This document shows, in pieces, positions 48,639-57,091 of a stretch of DNA of 64,000 bases; position 1 is the first letter of the stretch, and each line of letters opens with the position of its first letter. Where the stretch lies: positions 6,824-70,823 of the IMG/VR virus record IMGVR_UViG_3300033388_003971. The stretch is one strand, 5' to 3'. The notes under the pieces are model-generated. The model worked only from the letters and a program-made list of their open reading frames with translations, was not told the DNA's origin and did not search any database. The translations under genes and the position numbers were made by a program. The stretch comes from a virus.

Positions 48639-49274
48639 TTAGACACCAGTGCTAGTACCTAGAACGATGGAATCCTGAGCAGTCCAAGGAGCAATTCCAC
48701 GACATACGTACGTGTACTGTTGCTCGGAGACTATGTCATCAATACTGATTCCATATCCTTCGTTGAGTATTTCAACTCCGTAGATCCTCATTACAGATAC
48801 TGCCCCGTACTCATTCGCTGCGCTAAGAGTTACATCAAACGGTAGCATCTGGTCAGTATACCAAGGCGTGAAAGCTTGTTTCTGCGCCCCTGCTTGGGTT
48901 ATGTCCTGCTCACCAGCCTGGACTTGTCCAGCACCAGTAAGACCGGTTGCACCAAGAGGAGTGTTAACTGCTTCAGTCCTGTTGCCTGTTACCTGTGAAC
49001 CAGGAGGCTTAGGATCTGATATCTCGCCTGCAAACTGAAGATCTCTCATTTCTTCAAGTAGTGCGTTTCTATCAAACATCGTAAAGATAAGGGAACCTGC
49101 GATACCTCTCTTTCCTCTAGAGAAAGCTCTAGGGTCAGGAGATCCCATTGTGTAAATGGGCGCTTTTTCCCTCGTCACAGAGTAGCTGATGCCTTGTAAG
49201 GCTCCAATAACTTTGCTGCCAAAGACAGCTGTTATGTCTACTCCACTAAACGAGTTATATGCTTGTTCTGCCAT
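48639..49274 (-). CDS. Major tail tube protein
   Basis: Directly after the sheath; strong SD; followed by a terminator; FSGVDI, REKAPIY and RGKRGIAGSL motifs. Confidence 0.85.
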   Translation of the reverse strand: MAEQAYNSFSGVDITAVFGSKVIGALQGISYSVTREKAPIYTMGSPDPRAFSRGKRGIAGSLIFTMFDRNALLEEMRDLQFAGEISDPKPPGSQVTGNRTEAVNTPLGATGLTGAGQVQAGEQDITQAGAQKQAFTPWYTDQMLPFDVTLSAANEYGAVSVMRIYGVEILNEGYGISIDDIVSEQQYTYVCRGIAPWTAQDSIVLGTSTGV

Positions 49275-49292
49275 TTCTATTTTCCTCCTTTA

Positions 49293-51467
49293 TTATAGTA
49301 GTGCGCTAAGTGACAGTACTATTGTGATCTGTCTCAACTCGAAAGCAGGAACAAGAACTAGCTCTATTGTGGCATCGCCCTGTACTTGCTGTTGAGGAGT
49401 AGAAGACACAGTCAACTGGAAGTCTTGCAGGTATCCTTGTCTTTGAAGTATACCAAGTCCAGCATCCACAGCAGTTTCAAGTGCAGCTCTTCTTTGCGCA
49501 GTATTAGCCTCTCCAACGAATGGATCAGCAACAGACCTTACAACGTCGATAGACTCTTTTACGATTCTAACTGTTGACAGTCTATTATAGTCTGAGCTCT
49601 GTCTAGCAGCAGTTGGAGCGTCAACAACAACTGTTCCTTTAGGTCTCTGAGCAAACATTGTATATTTGACTCCAGCAAGATCATCAAGAACCGTGTTATT
49701 CAGTCCATGAATAGCTCTTACCCTAGGAACTACTTTGTTTGTTGGTGCAGACTTAGAGTCAAGAGACATAATGAATCCAGCATAACTAGGTGCTGTATTA
49801 CTCAAATATCCATTAACATTACTAGTCCACTGATTTGCCAGCCTAACATAACTAGGAGTTATTGATATGTATTTTCCAATATCAACAAATTCGTTGTTCT
49901 GATCTAAGAGCTCGCTTCCACCAAGGTTTCCTGAATCAGTTGCTATGAATCCACCAAATGCATCACCACCTCTGTAGCCGGCTGATCCTGACATAAACTT
50001 GTTTCCAAGTAGTCCAGTACCATCGTCTCCAGCATCAAAGATTACGCTAGTTCCGTCATCATTAACTGTGTAGTCTGGTAGGTTACCAACCCATCTTGCA
50101 ATGTCCCTTGGGCCAAAGCTTTGAGGAGGTAGAGTACCTATTGTTCCTATACACTCGTTATTGTTTACAGACATAGTGAAACAGAAGTTAGCTAGCTGAT
50201 ATGCAAAGTTAACCTCTATGAAAGAGCCTGTTATGTCACTTCCATCAATGCTAGTCGTTGCACTTGCAGCTCCAACGGCAGGGAAGATATTAGCTTCTCC
50301 GTCATCGTCAGTATCCCAGTAGAAATATGTCTCTCCAAGATACTCTTCAGTAAACACTTTACCAAGTATGTCTTGCTCATTACCAGCTGTAGGATAATCA
50401 GAAATCGAAGCAAGGTCAAGTGTCGTGATCTGACCAGAAGTCAGGTCAACAACGTTGTTGTCGTCAAGATATACATCCATCGGAACAACCATGTCTACTC
50501 TTTCATTCTCTAGTGCGCTATACGCATAAGCAAGATTCTCATACTGCTCCATCTTAGATGGATTAGTTCCATCTGTACCAGCTGTACTAACCACGAATGG
50601 TGTATACGTGTGGTAGTATGTTACAGTAGCATCTAGTGCTGTTTGATCACCAGACATAGTTATCACACCAGTTGTGTAATCAATATGGTAATCTCCAGCT
50701 GCAAGAACAAGAGCTGCTGTGTCAACTTCTGTTACAAATTCTGCAACGTCTGTTCCACCGAATACAGGTACAACTCCTGGGCTGTCGCCAACAGGAATGG
50801 TTCCAAGTGCTACAAGTGTACTTTCAGGATCACCAAAAGCATCAAATACTAGTACTTCATCCGTTTCAACTGTGTAAGCTGCTATACTATCTTTGGCAAT
50901 GTCCTCTAGAGCGATAGCTCCAGCTGCACTGTCAGTACCGATTCCAGAATCGGTTGTTGTTCCTCCCAATAGTGATCCAGAAACGATTACGTCAAGAGTA
51001 TCAATCTCTTCACCTTCTTCGTTGCTATACACTAGGAAGTCATCAGAACTTCTCCATACTTTAAGTAGACCAGCAGTACCGTTTGTAGTTGGGTCAAAAT
51101 GAACCGCGTACTGTGTTCCTGCTGTGTCGTCTTTGTCAGAAGTTTCAATGATGTATCCAGGGTCTCCAGATGATGAGAAAGCAGTGTTACCTACTCCTTC
51201 CGCTTTAGCAGAAGTAGCTCCCATTCTGTAGACTCTTATGTTGGATGCACCACCATCTTTAACTTCGTACATTCCTCTAGTTAGAGTTCCATCGAGCCCG
51301 TATTGAGCTACGATGTCAGCTGTTCTAATGACTCTGGTCAATTCGTTTGCTGCTCCCTTAGCCGAAGTACCAAGTACTACAGTTTGTGGCGCAACTTGAG
51401 CCTGAAAAATATCCAAGCCACCGTCGACCTTTTCGCTGAAAACGCCAGGTAAGTTCTCAAAAGCCAT
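49293..51467 (-). CDS. Tail sheath protein
   Basis: N-terminal LPGVF and LGT...G..N motifs; C-terminal SAPTNK...LSTVRI......F.GE.N...L.LVP.FEL..I sheath signature. Confidence 0.92.
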   Translation of the reverse strand: MAFENLPGVFSEKVDGGLDIFQAQVAPQTVVLGTSAKGAANELTRVIRTADIVAQYGLDGTLTRGMYEVKDGGASNIRVYRMGATSAKAEGVGNTAFSSSGDPGYIIETSDKDDTAGTQYAVHFDPTTNGTAGLLKVWRSSDDFLVYSNEEGEEIDTLDVIVSGSLLGGTTTDSGIGTDSAAGAIALEDIAKDSIAAYTVETDEVLVFDAFGDPESTLVALGTIPVGDSPGVVPVFGGTDVAEFVTEVDTAALVLAAGDYHIDYTTGVITMSGDQTALDATVTYYHTYTPFVVSTAGTDGTNPSKMEQYENLAYAYSALENERVDMVVPMDVYLDDNNVVDLTSGQITTLDLASISDYPTAGNEQDILGKVFTEEYLGETYFYWDTDDDGEANIFPAVGAASATTSIDGSDITGSFIEVNFAYQLANFCFTMSVNNNECIGTIGTLPPQSFGPRDIARWVGNLPDYTVNDDGTSVIFDAGDDGTGLLGNKFMSGSAGYRGGDAFGGFIATDSGNLGGSELLDQNNEFVDIGKYISITPSYVRLANQWTSNVNGYLSNTAPSYAGFIMSLDSKSAPTNKVVPRVRAIHGLNNTVLDDLAGVKYTMFAQRPKGTVVVDAPTAARQSSDYNRLSTVRIVKESIDVVRSVADPFVGEANTAQRRAALETAVDAGLGILQRQGYLQDFQLTVSSTPQQQVQGDATIELVLVPAFELRQITIVLSLSALL

Positions 51468-51492
51468 TATTAAAAGTCCTCCTTTTTTCTTT

Positions 51493-52197
51493 TTATTGTG
51501 ATATGCTCAAATTGAGCACTATTTGTTCAATCGCCTTTTCACTAATAACTGAGATCTCCTCAGTCTTAACGAAAATTTTTATTGATCTCCCAAATATTGT
51601 ATAACCATCGAATTTTTCCGATGTTTCTTCCCCTCTTCCCAAATATAAAACACGATTGATACCAGAATACCTAAAAAACCATAAATAATTATTCATCATC
51701 TTTTCAAACCACAATGCTCTTTCGTCAGCTTCCTTATTCGTACGTCCATAACAAGTAAACTGTACCTCATTGTCATACCAGTATCCAAATATAAGCTTCT
51801 TATATGTCGGATTATCTGGGTCATCAAGAGACTCTCTAAAAATTGGCTTGAGATTTTTTACAGATCCGCCAAAAGGCTCGCCCTGACTAAAGTCTCCAGG
51901 CTGTCTTTTTGTTAGCTTATATGTTATTATCTCATTTTTCATACCACCTGGACCCAAAGAATAATCTCTAGTAAAGTCAACCTTTCTTTCTTCGCTAACT
52001 CTAGATTCATTTTCAGAATGAGTTATAGCTTCTTTTACTAGATCATAAAACTCACTAATATCCTTAGCTATTCCAATAGTCCTTGATGCTGGTTGTCCAG
52101 CAGCAGTCTGTATACCGCCAGCTATATGATTAGCGATAACTCTTGGAGTTTGACCTTCAAGTCCTTCAGGTAAATTTGGTAAAAGTTCAATAGCCAT
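51493..52197 (-). CDS. Tail completion/terminator protein
   Basis: Immediately upstream of the sheath; DN.VQF...RTN.EAD....FE motif. Confidence 0.6.
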   Translation of the reverse strand: MAIELLPNLPEGLEGQTPRVIANHIAGGIQTAAGQPASRTIGIAKDISEFYDLVKEAITHSENESRVSEERKVDFTRDYSLGPGGMKNEIITYKLTKRQPGDFSQGEPFGGSVKNLKPIFRESLDDPDNPTYKKLIFGYWYDNEVQFTCYGRTNKEADERALWFEKMMNNYLWFFRYSGINRVLYLGRGEETSEKFDGYTIFGRSIKIFVKTEEISVISEKAIEQIVLNLSISQ

Positions 52198-52688
52198 TAC
52201 GGTCCTAAGTATCTTCTGTTCATTGGCGCTCCTATAACTCTATAGTATGCCAATCTTGCATGATCTCCTCTAAGGAAATCAACTGAAACGATATTGTATA
52301 TTTTTACTCTATTGATTGGTGTTACTATTGTTCCATCATCGTTAAGACTTACCATTATTAGTTCGTCTATACCTGACGGTGCAACATCATGGTTAAAGTA
52401 AAAAATAACACTATCATCTGGGCCAGGACGATACCAATATGCCTTTACAAATTCTTCATCCCAATAGTACTTGGAACCAAGACAGTATGGGCAATAAGTA
52501 TCCCTATCTGGCTCACCACTCGTGTCACTAACACAGACGCATTTAGTAGAGTTATTATCTGCGTCCTTTCTTATTCTTCTATATATTAAATCTTTACCTT
52601 TGGGGGCTTCTGAACCCGACCCAAAAATAAAGTTGTCCATATCTACTTGTAGATTAATATTGTTTCCGTATAGGTCAAAGTTTCCCAT
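52197..52688 (-). CDS. Head closure/neck protein with CxC...CxxC motif
   Basis: KCVC...CPYCLG motif; lies between the adaptor and tail-completion genes. Confidence 0.6.
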   Translation of the reverse strand: MGNFDLYGNNINLQVDMDNFIFGSGSEAPKGKDLIYRRIRKDADNNSTKCVCVSDTSGEPDRDTYCPYCLGSKYYWDEEFVKAYWYRPGPDDSVIFYFNHDVAPSGIDELIMVSLNDDGTIVTPINRVKIYNIVSVDFLRGDHARLAYYRVIGAPMNRRYLGP

Positions 52689-54064
52689 TACCTAGACTCC
52701 CAAGTATTTCTCCATCTGAAGTAGTGTGATTCCTTACTGTTTGCTCCAGGGATAGATCCAGATTCCTTTTCCCATACTCTTCCGATTACAGGACGGTTAG
52801 GATCATATCTACCTTTCACAGCCATTGTGAAATCTTTCTGATTTCCTCCACTCATTAGCAGTGGTTCCCACTTGTCCACACAGTCAGCAAGCCTATCAAG
52901 AATTCTTGGCATATGACCAGTATCATACTCTACAGAGAAGTCACCAAGCTTTTTACTTGCTATTCCTCCATCCATAGAAATGCCTTGCAACAGTATTCCA
53001 GCTGCTTCACATATAACAAAGCTTCTCTTAACCATATCAAAATAAGTCTGATTAGTTACGCTTCCTGTCCATGCGATAGCATCTGCTGTCCTGCTAGCTT
53101 CAAAGATAGCAAGATTAATAGTGTCGTCAGGTATTCCGGATAAGAAACCTCCTATCTCCATTCTTATTCTTCTAGTGCTAACATATAACGGATTATATGT
53201 AGTAGTAAAATAGAACGAATAATCACTAGCCACTAATGGGTTACCATCTGTGTCCGACAAGCTTCTTCCAATTATAACATCTACTACATTGTTCTGCATA
53301 AGAGCAGCTGTAAGAGTAATTGTTACTTGTTTTTCGCTTGTTGAACTTACAAATGAAATAGTACCCGTCGCAGGTATAGACATATCACCATTAACAGATT
53401 CTGCAACTATTGAGATTGCTGAATCCACTGTGGCACTGTCGACATAGCGGTTAAAGTTTAAGACAATTGTGTCCGTAGATATATCTAGGTTGGTTGCCCT
53501 ACTATCAGGTACGCTACTAAGTAATGCAAATGGTTCACTTACAGTTGACGATGTGTCTACTGATGGTGGAACAGATACAGCTGTTGACGCTTCAGTTGGA
53601 ACATCAACAACACTTCCGCTTCCAGAAGTGAATGTCCATATATATGTTCCAAGTAAAACTGTAGAGTCTATAGCAGAAACAGGAGGAACTATTGCATCCT
53701 CAATTCCTTCATCACCGGTTAGGTAGATGACATATTCTGTATTTGCAACTAGTGGTTTTGTAGGAGTAAAGATCGCCCGTGTTACAGGTGATCCTTGTAT
53801 ACTCTCCTGTGTAAAAGAAATAGCGCCATCTAAGTATGCCTCTCCATTGAACTCAAGGAGGACATTTTCAGGTGACTCATTATCTATTATTCTTACACCG
53901 GGAGTTTCCCAGTTAGAAGTATCTGGTCCGGAGACCAGAAATGTTGAACTAGTAATAGTTGTCTCATCCATTAACTGGTTAAAGACAACCGATACTTGTG
54001 TTTGAAGTGGAAGTCCTAAAGAACCGTCTAACGGGTGGACAGATTCAATCTCTACTGTAGCCAT
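52688..54064 (-). CDS. Head-tail adaptor fused to two Ig-like (Big_5-type) domains
   Basis: Two P......I.(V/L).FN..(M/V)D..T....W/Y.F.T repeats; C-terminal SKKLGDFSVEY connector motif. Confidence 0.7.
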   Translation of the reverse strand: MATVEIESVHPLDGSLGLPLQTQVSVVFNQLMDETTITSSTFLVSGPDTSNWETPGVRIIDNESPENVLLEFNGEAYLDGAISFTQESIQGSPVTRAIFTPTKPLVANTEYVIYLTGDEGIEDAIVPPVSAIDSTVLLGTYIWTFTSGSGSVVDVPTEASTAVSVPPSVDTSSTVSEPFALLSSVPDSRATNLDISTDTIVLNFNRYVDSATVDSAISIVAESVNGDMSIPATGTISFVSSTSEKQVTITLTAALMQNNVVDVIIGRSLSDTDGNPLVASDYSFYFTTTYNPLYVSTRRIRMEIGGFLSGIPDDTINLAIFEASRTADAIAWTGSVTNQTYFDMVKRSFVICEAAGILLQGISMDGGIASKKLGDFSVEYDTGHMPRILDRLADCVDKWEPLLMSGGNQKDFTMAVKGRYDPNRPVIGRVWEKESGSIPGANSKESHYFRWRNTWESR

Positions 54065-54084
54065 TCTTTAAGACCGCCTTTAAG

Positions 54085-54570
54085 TTAACCTACCTTAATC
54101 TCTATTGTTTCAGAATCATCCTCATCGTCTAGTACAGTTGATACTCCTCCTGTTTTCTCTAACGCCTTTTCGATAGCTCCAATAACACCCTTTCTCTTTT
54201 GCTTGCTTTTTTCTATCTTAAGCATGGCTTCCAATATTTGTGGGCCAGCTTGTACACCTTGTTTCTTAGACCAGGCTACAATAGTTTTGGCACTGCCTTT
54301 CAAGTGGGTCTTAGCTCTACTGATTAAGCTTTCTGCTCTGTTTTCCACAACAGACTTCTTATCAGGTTCATCTACTTTTACGTTATCTACAGTGGCGTCA
54401 TCAGGGTTAGACTTAAGTAAAATCCCGAAATTAATAGCATTCTGCAGTAGTATTTTTGCTTGATCATCAAGTGAATCTACATCTATATCTTTTGGACCTT
54501 TATCGGCAAAAGAAAAATGAATATCCCCGTGATACCAAAGCGTTGCTCTATCTGAAAGTTCAAGTAACAT
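54085..54570 (-). CDS. Hypothetical protein (start reassigned to ATG 54570)
   Basis: GGAGG SD precedes ATG 54570, whereas the track's start at 54621 falls inside a terminator hairpin; C-terminal E..K.RKGV..AI helix. Confidence 0.6.
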   Translation of the reverse strand: MLLELSDRATLWYHGDIHFSFADKGPKDIDVDSLDDQAKILLQNAINFGILLKSNPDDATVDNVKVDEPDKKSVVENRAESLISRAKTHLKGSAKTIVAWSKKQGVQAGPQILEAMLKIEKSKQKRKGVIGAIEKALEKTGGVSTVLDDEDDSETIEIKVG

Positions 54571-54589
54571 AATTTTTTTTCCTCCATGA

Positions 54590-54629
54590 AATATATAAAG
54601 TGGCGGTGGACCGAAGTCCACCTACCACT
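54590..54629 (-). terminator. Terminator hairpin with cUUCGg tetraloop after the major capsid gene
   Basis: Minus strand reads AGTGGTAGGTGGAC-TTCG-GTCCACCGCCACT followed by TTATATATTT. Confidence 0.8.
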
Positions 54630-54662
54630 AATATAACATAGATTACTTCTTATGCAACCCTA

Positions 54663-55898
54663 TTACAGAGTTATTGCGTCTGTTCTAACTAGCGGATCAA
54701 CAGTACCAGTTGAATTGATTACGGTTTGAGCTGGTAGAACAATTTCGTTCGGAACAACTCTTACGTTTCTCATTACACCGATAGCATGACCTTCGTTAAG
54801 AATAGCTATACCATACCTTTCACGAAGCTTGATCTTTCTGATATCAACTGAAGGATCGTTAAACTCTTCAGTAGAGATGTCCTCGTCTACGACAAGTACA
54901 CCAAGCTCAGATGAATCGAACATCATGATGTCTGTAAGCTTGTTCTTAGGATCATAAGGAACAAACGGAGAAACGATTATCCTCATTGGAACATTGAAAT
55001 AGCTAGGTAGCTTAGGAGCTGAAGTGATTTGTTGAGAGTAAGCGTTAAGCGCACTCGCACCTTCTCCAGCTGCATTTCCACCAGGCATAATGCTCTGTCC
55101 AGGAGATACTCCCAGAGGATCGCTCCAGTTTGCTTGACCAGCGCCACTTCCATTCCATGTAGCGAAGAATACTCCACCACCAGAAGCAAGAGCGAAGGCT
55201 CTAAGAACCGGATCCTTAACAAACATTACCCATGTCAATGGATGCATAAGCAATGTGTTAGGTGTGAATCCTTGTGTGATAATCTGTCCGTAAGCATCAA
55301 AGATATCGTCCATAGTAATAGATCCGTTTCCGGCTCCATCCATAGCTCTACCTGTTGTTGTTCCGAATATAGAATCAGCAGGATTCAGGTTGTCATGAGT
55401 TGTTAGACCCATGCTGTTTACATAGTTGAAGATTTTCACTTCTTTGTGTCTGGCTAGCGCTCTACCAGCTTCTCTAAGATGCATTCCTATCACATCAAAT
55501 TGGCTATATCTGATCATTTCGTCGGTTACTTGAACCGCGAGACCTGACTTACCAACAGTCGCTGTTACAGTGGCTCCTTCTCTTGCAAGACCCCTGATTG
55601 GATATTCCTGACCTTCAGCTATATCTGCAGCTACCATTCCGCCTACGGCAGGGAATGTGATAGTCTGACCATATGAATAGTTGATACGCTGAAGTAAGGA
55701 CGTACCTATCAGAAGTGGCTCTCCCGCTTCTTTTACGATGTTGCTAATTACTTTTGGAAGCAGGGTAGCAGCATTTGGAGTAGACAATGCGTCTGTCAGT
55801 GAGACATGCTTATCTTTGCTGTCTTCACCGAAAGGACGACCATTGTTCTTCCAGATCCACTCGTAGCCCTTAACATCGGTTACGTCGAACTTAGGCAT
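54663..55898 (-). CDS. Major capsid protein (HK97 fold)
   Basis: I.EG.EY, K.G....(V)T.EMI..S..DV......AGRALAR.KE, LLMHP..W and ERYG motifs; strong SD; followed by a terminator. Confidence 0.92.
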   Translation of the reverse strand: MPKFDVTDVKGYEWIWKNNGRPFGEDSKDKHVSLTDALSTPNAATLLPKVISNIVKEAGEPLLIGTSLLQRINYSYGQTITFPAVGGMVAADIAEGQEYPIRGLAREGATVTATVGKSGLAVQVTDEMIRYSQFDVIGMHLREAGRALARHKEVKIFNYVNSMGLTTHDNLNPADSIFGTTTGRAMDGAGNGSITMDDIFDAYGQIITQGFTPNTLLMHPLTWVMFVKDPVLRAFALASGGGVFFATWNGSGAGQANWSDPLGVSPGQSIMPGGNAAGEGASALNAYSQQITSAPKLPSYFNVPMRIIVSPFVPYDPKNKLTDIMMFDSSELGVLVVDEDISTEEFNDPSVDIRKIKLRERYGIAILNEGHAIGVMRNVRVVPNEIVLPAQTVINSTGTVDPLVRTDAITL

Positions 55899-55924
55899 TA
55901 TTACTTTCCTCCTTATTATTTATA

Positions 55925-57061
55925 TTATCTGTTTATTAGATTTACTCTAACAACAGCATTTGCAGCTCCAGAGTAACTAATGTTATGCGGTACTCCGCCG
56001 TTAGCAGTTCCAGGCATTTGCTTCTCAACTCCAAGGCCTGCGTATGCAGTCCTGACTTTGTCAAGAGCATCCTTAGGATACCTAGTGTCTACAGCAAGAA
56101 TCTGACCTACGATCTCAGAGTCGTTTGTTCCGTTCCAAACAATATAGTTAGAATCATTGTCTGTCATTACAAACTGCCCAGGCTGAAGATCACCAGTAGC
56201 ACAAGCGTAAGTGCTAGGTGCTGTTCCAGCAACATACTGGTAAGATGTTAACTTGTACTCTGCTCCTGAATCGAAGTCAGTTGCTTCAGCAGCTGTACCA
56301 TAAACTGAGAGGATACCAGTTACGTAGTCAATGTAGTAGTCTCCAGCTACAAGAATCTGCGCTCTAGATCCAACTTCGTCAACAAATCTTACATCAGCTG
56401 ATGCCCATGTAGGTGTTCCAGTACTATCTTCAAATAGAAACGGAGTCCTTGGCGTGTTCTTAGCTAGGTCTGTTCCCAGAGTAGTATAGTCATAGATGTT
56501 AGCTCCACCAGCATCTATTGTACCTATACTTAGATCAGCAGCTGCCTGAACCAATGGCACAAGCGGTAGCTCAACGTAGTAGTCACAAAGTACTGCTACT
56601 TGGTGTTGTAGATTATGGTTGTGCTTCCTGTATTGAGCAGGATTGAAACCATCTCCACCAGCCCACTGCCAATAGTTATATGGTGCAACTCCGATGTGAC
56701 TAGAGATTACCCTATAAGTATCTATAGTGTATGGCGAATTTGATATAGATGCTGCATTACAAGCAACTCCAGTAGAAATATCTACAGTTCCACTATCTAC
56801 ATCGTCTTGCGTATACGACACTGCATTTGCAGCTAGAAGTCCCGCAGGAACAACTCTTCCTTCATCGTCTAGAGCGACGATTTTACCAGCAGAGATTACG
56901 AAAAACTCTTCATAGTGCTTGTCATACCTACCGACAGGCAACCATGCTGCAGGCTTAAATTCCTCCGCAGGTCTAACTCCTTCAGATATTTCAAAATCTG
57001 GAGTGATAGAGCCCACGTGATCCCACTCTTTGTGGTTTCCAACGTATGGTTGAATAGCCAT
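55925..57061 (-). CDS. Capsid decoration/cement-like protein
   Basis: Between scaffold and MCP; GKIVALD..G.VVPA and L.PG.FV..D...N.V...IVGQ.L motifs; strong SD. Confidence 0.65.
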   Translation of the reverse strand: MAIQPYVGNHKEWDHVGSITPDFEISEGVRPAEEFKPAAWLPVGRYDKHYEEFFVISAGKIVALDDEGRVVPAGLLAANAVSYTQDDVDSGTVDISTGVACNAASISNSPYTIDTYRVISSHIGVAPYNYWQWAGGDGFNPAQYRKHNHNLQHQVAVLCDYYVELPLVPLVQAAADLSIGTIDAGGANIYDYTTLGTDLAKNTPRTPFLFEDSTGTPTWASADVRFVDEVGSRAQILVAGDYYIDYVTGILSVYGTAAEATDFDSGAEYKLTSYQYVAGTAPSTYACATGDLQPGQFVMTDNDSNYIVWNGTNDSEIVGQILAVDTRYPKDALDKVRTAYAGLGVEKQMPGTANGGVPHNISYSGAANAVVRVNLINR

Positions 57062-57091
57062 TATTACTTTTCCTCCTTTGTATTTATACTA

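Noticed and set aside
54571-54621. N-terminal extension MDFGPPPLYIFHGGKKI given by the ORF track
   Set aside because: It starts inside the terminator hairpin; the GGAGG SD points to ATG 54570.
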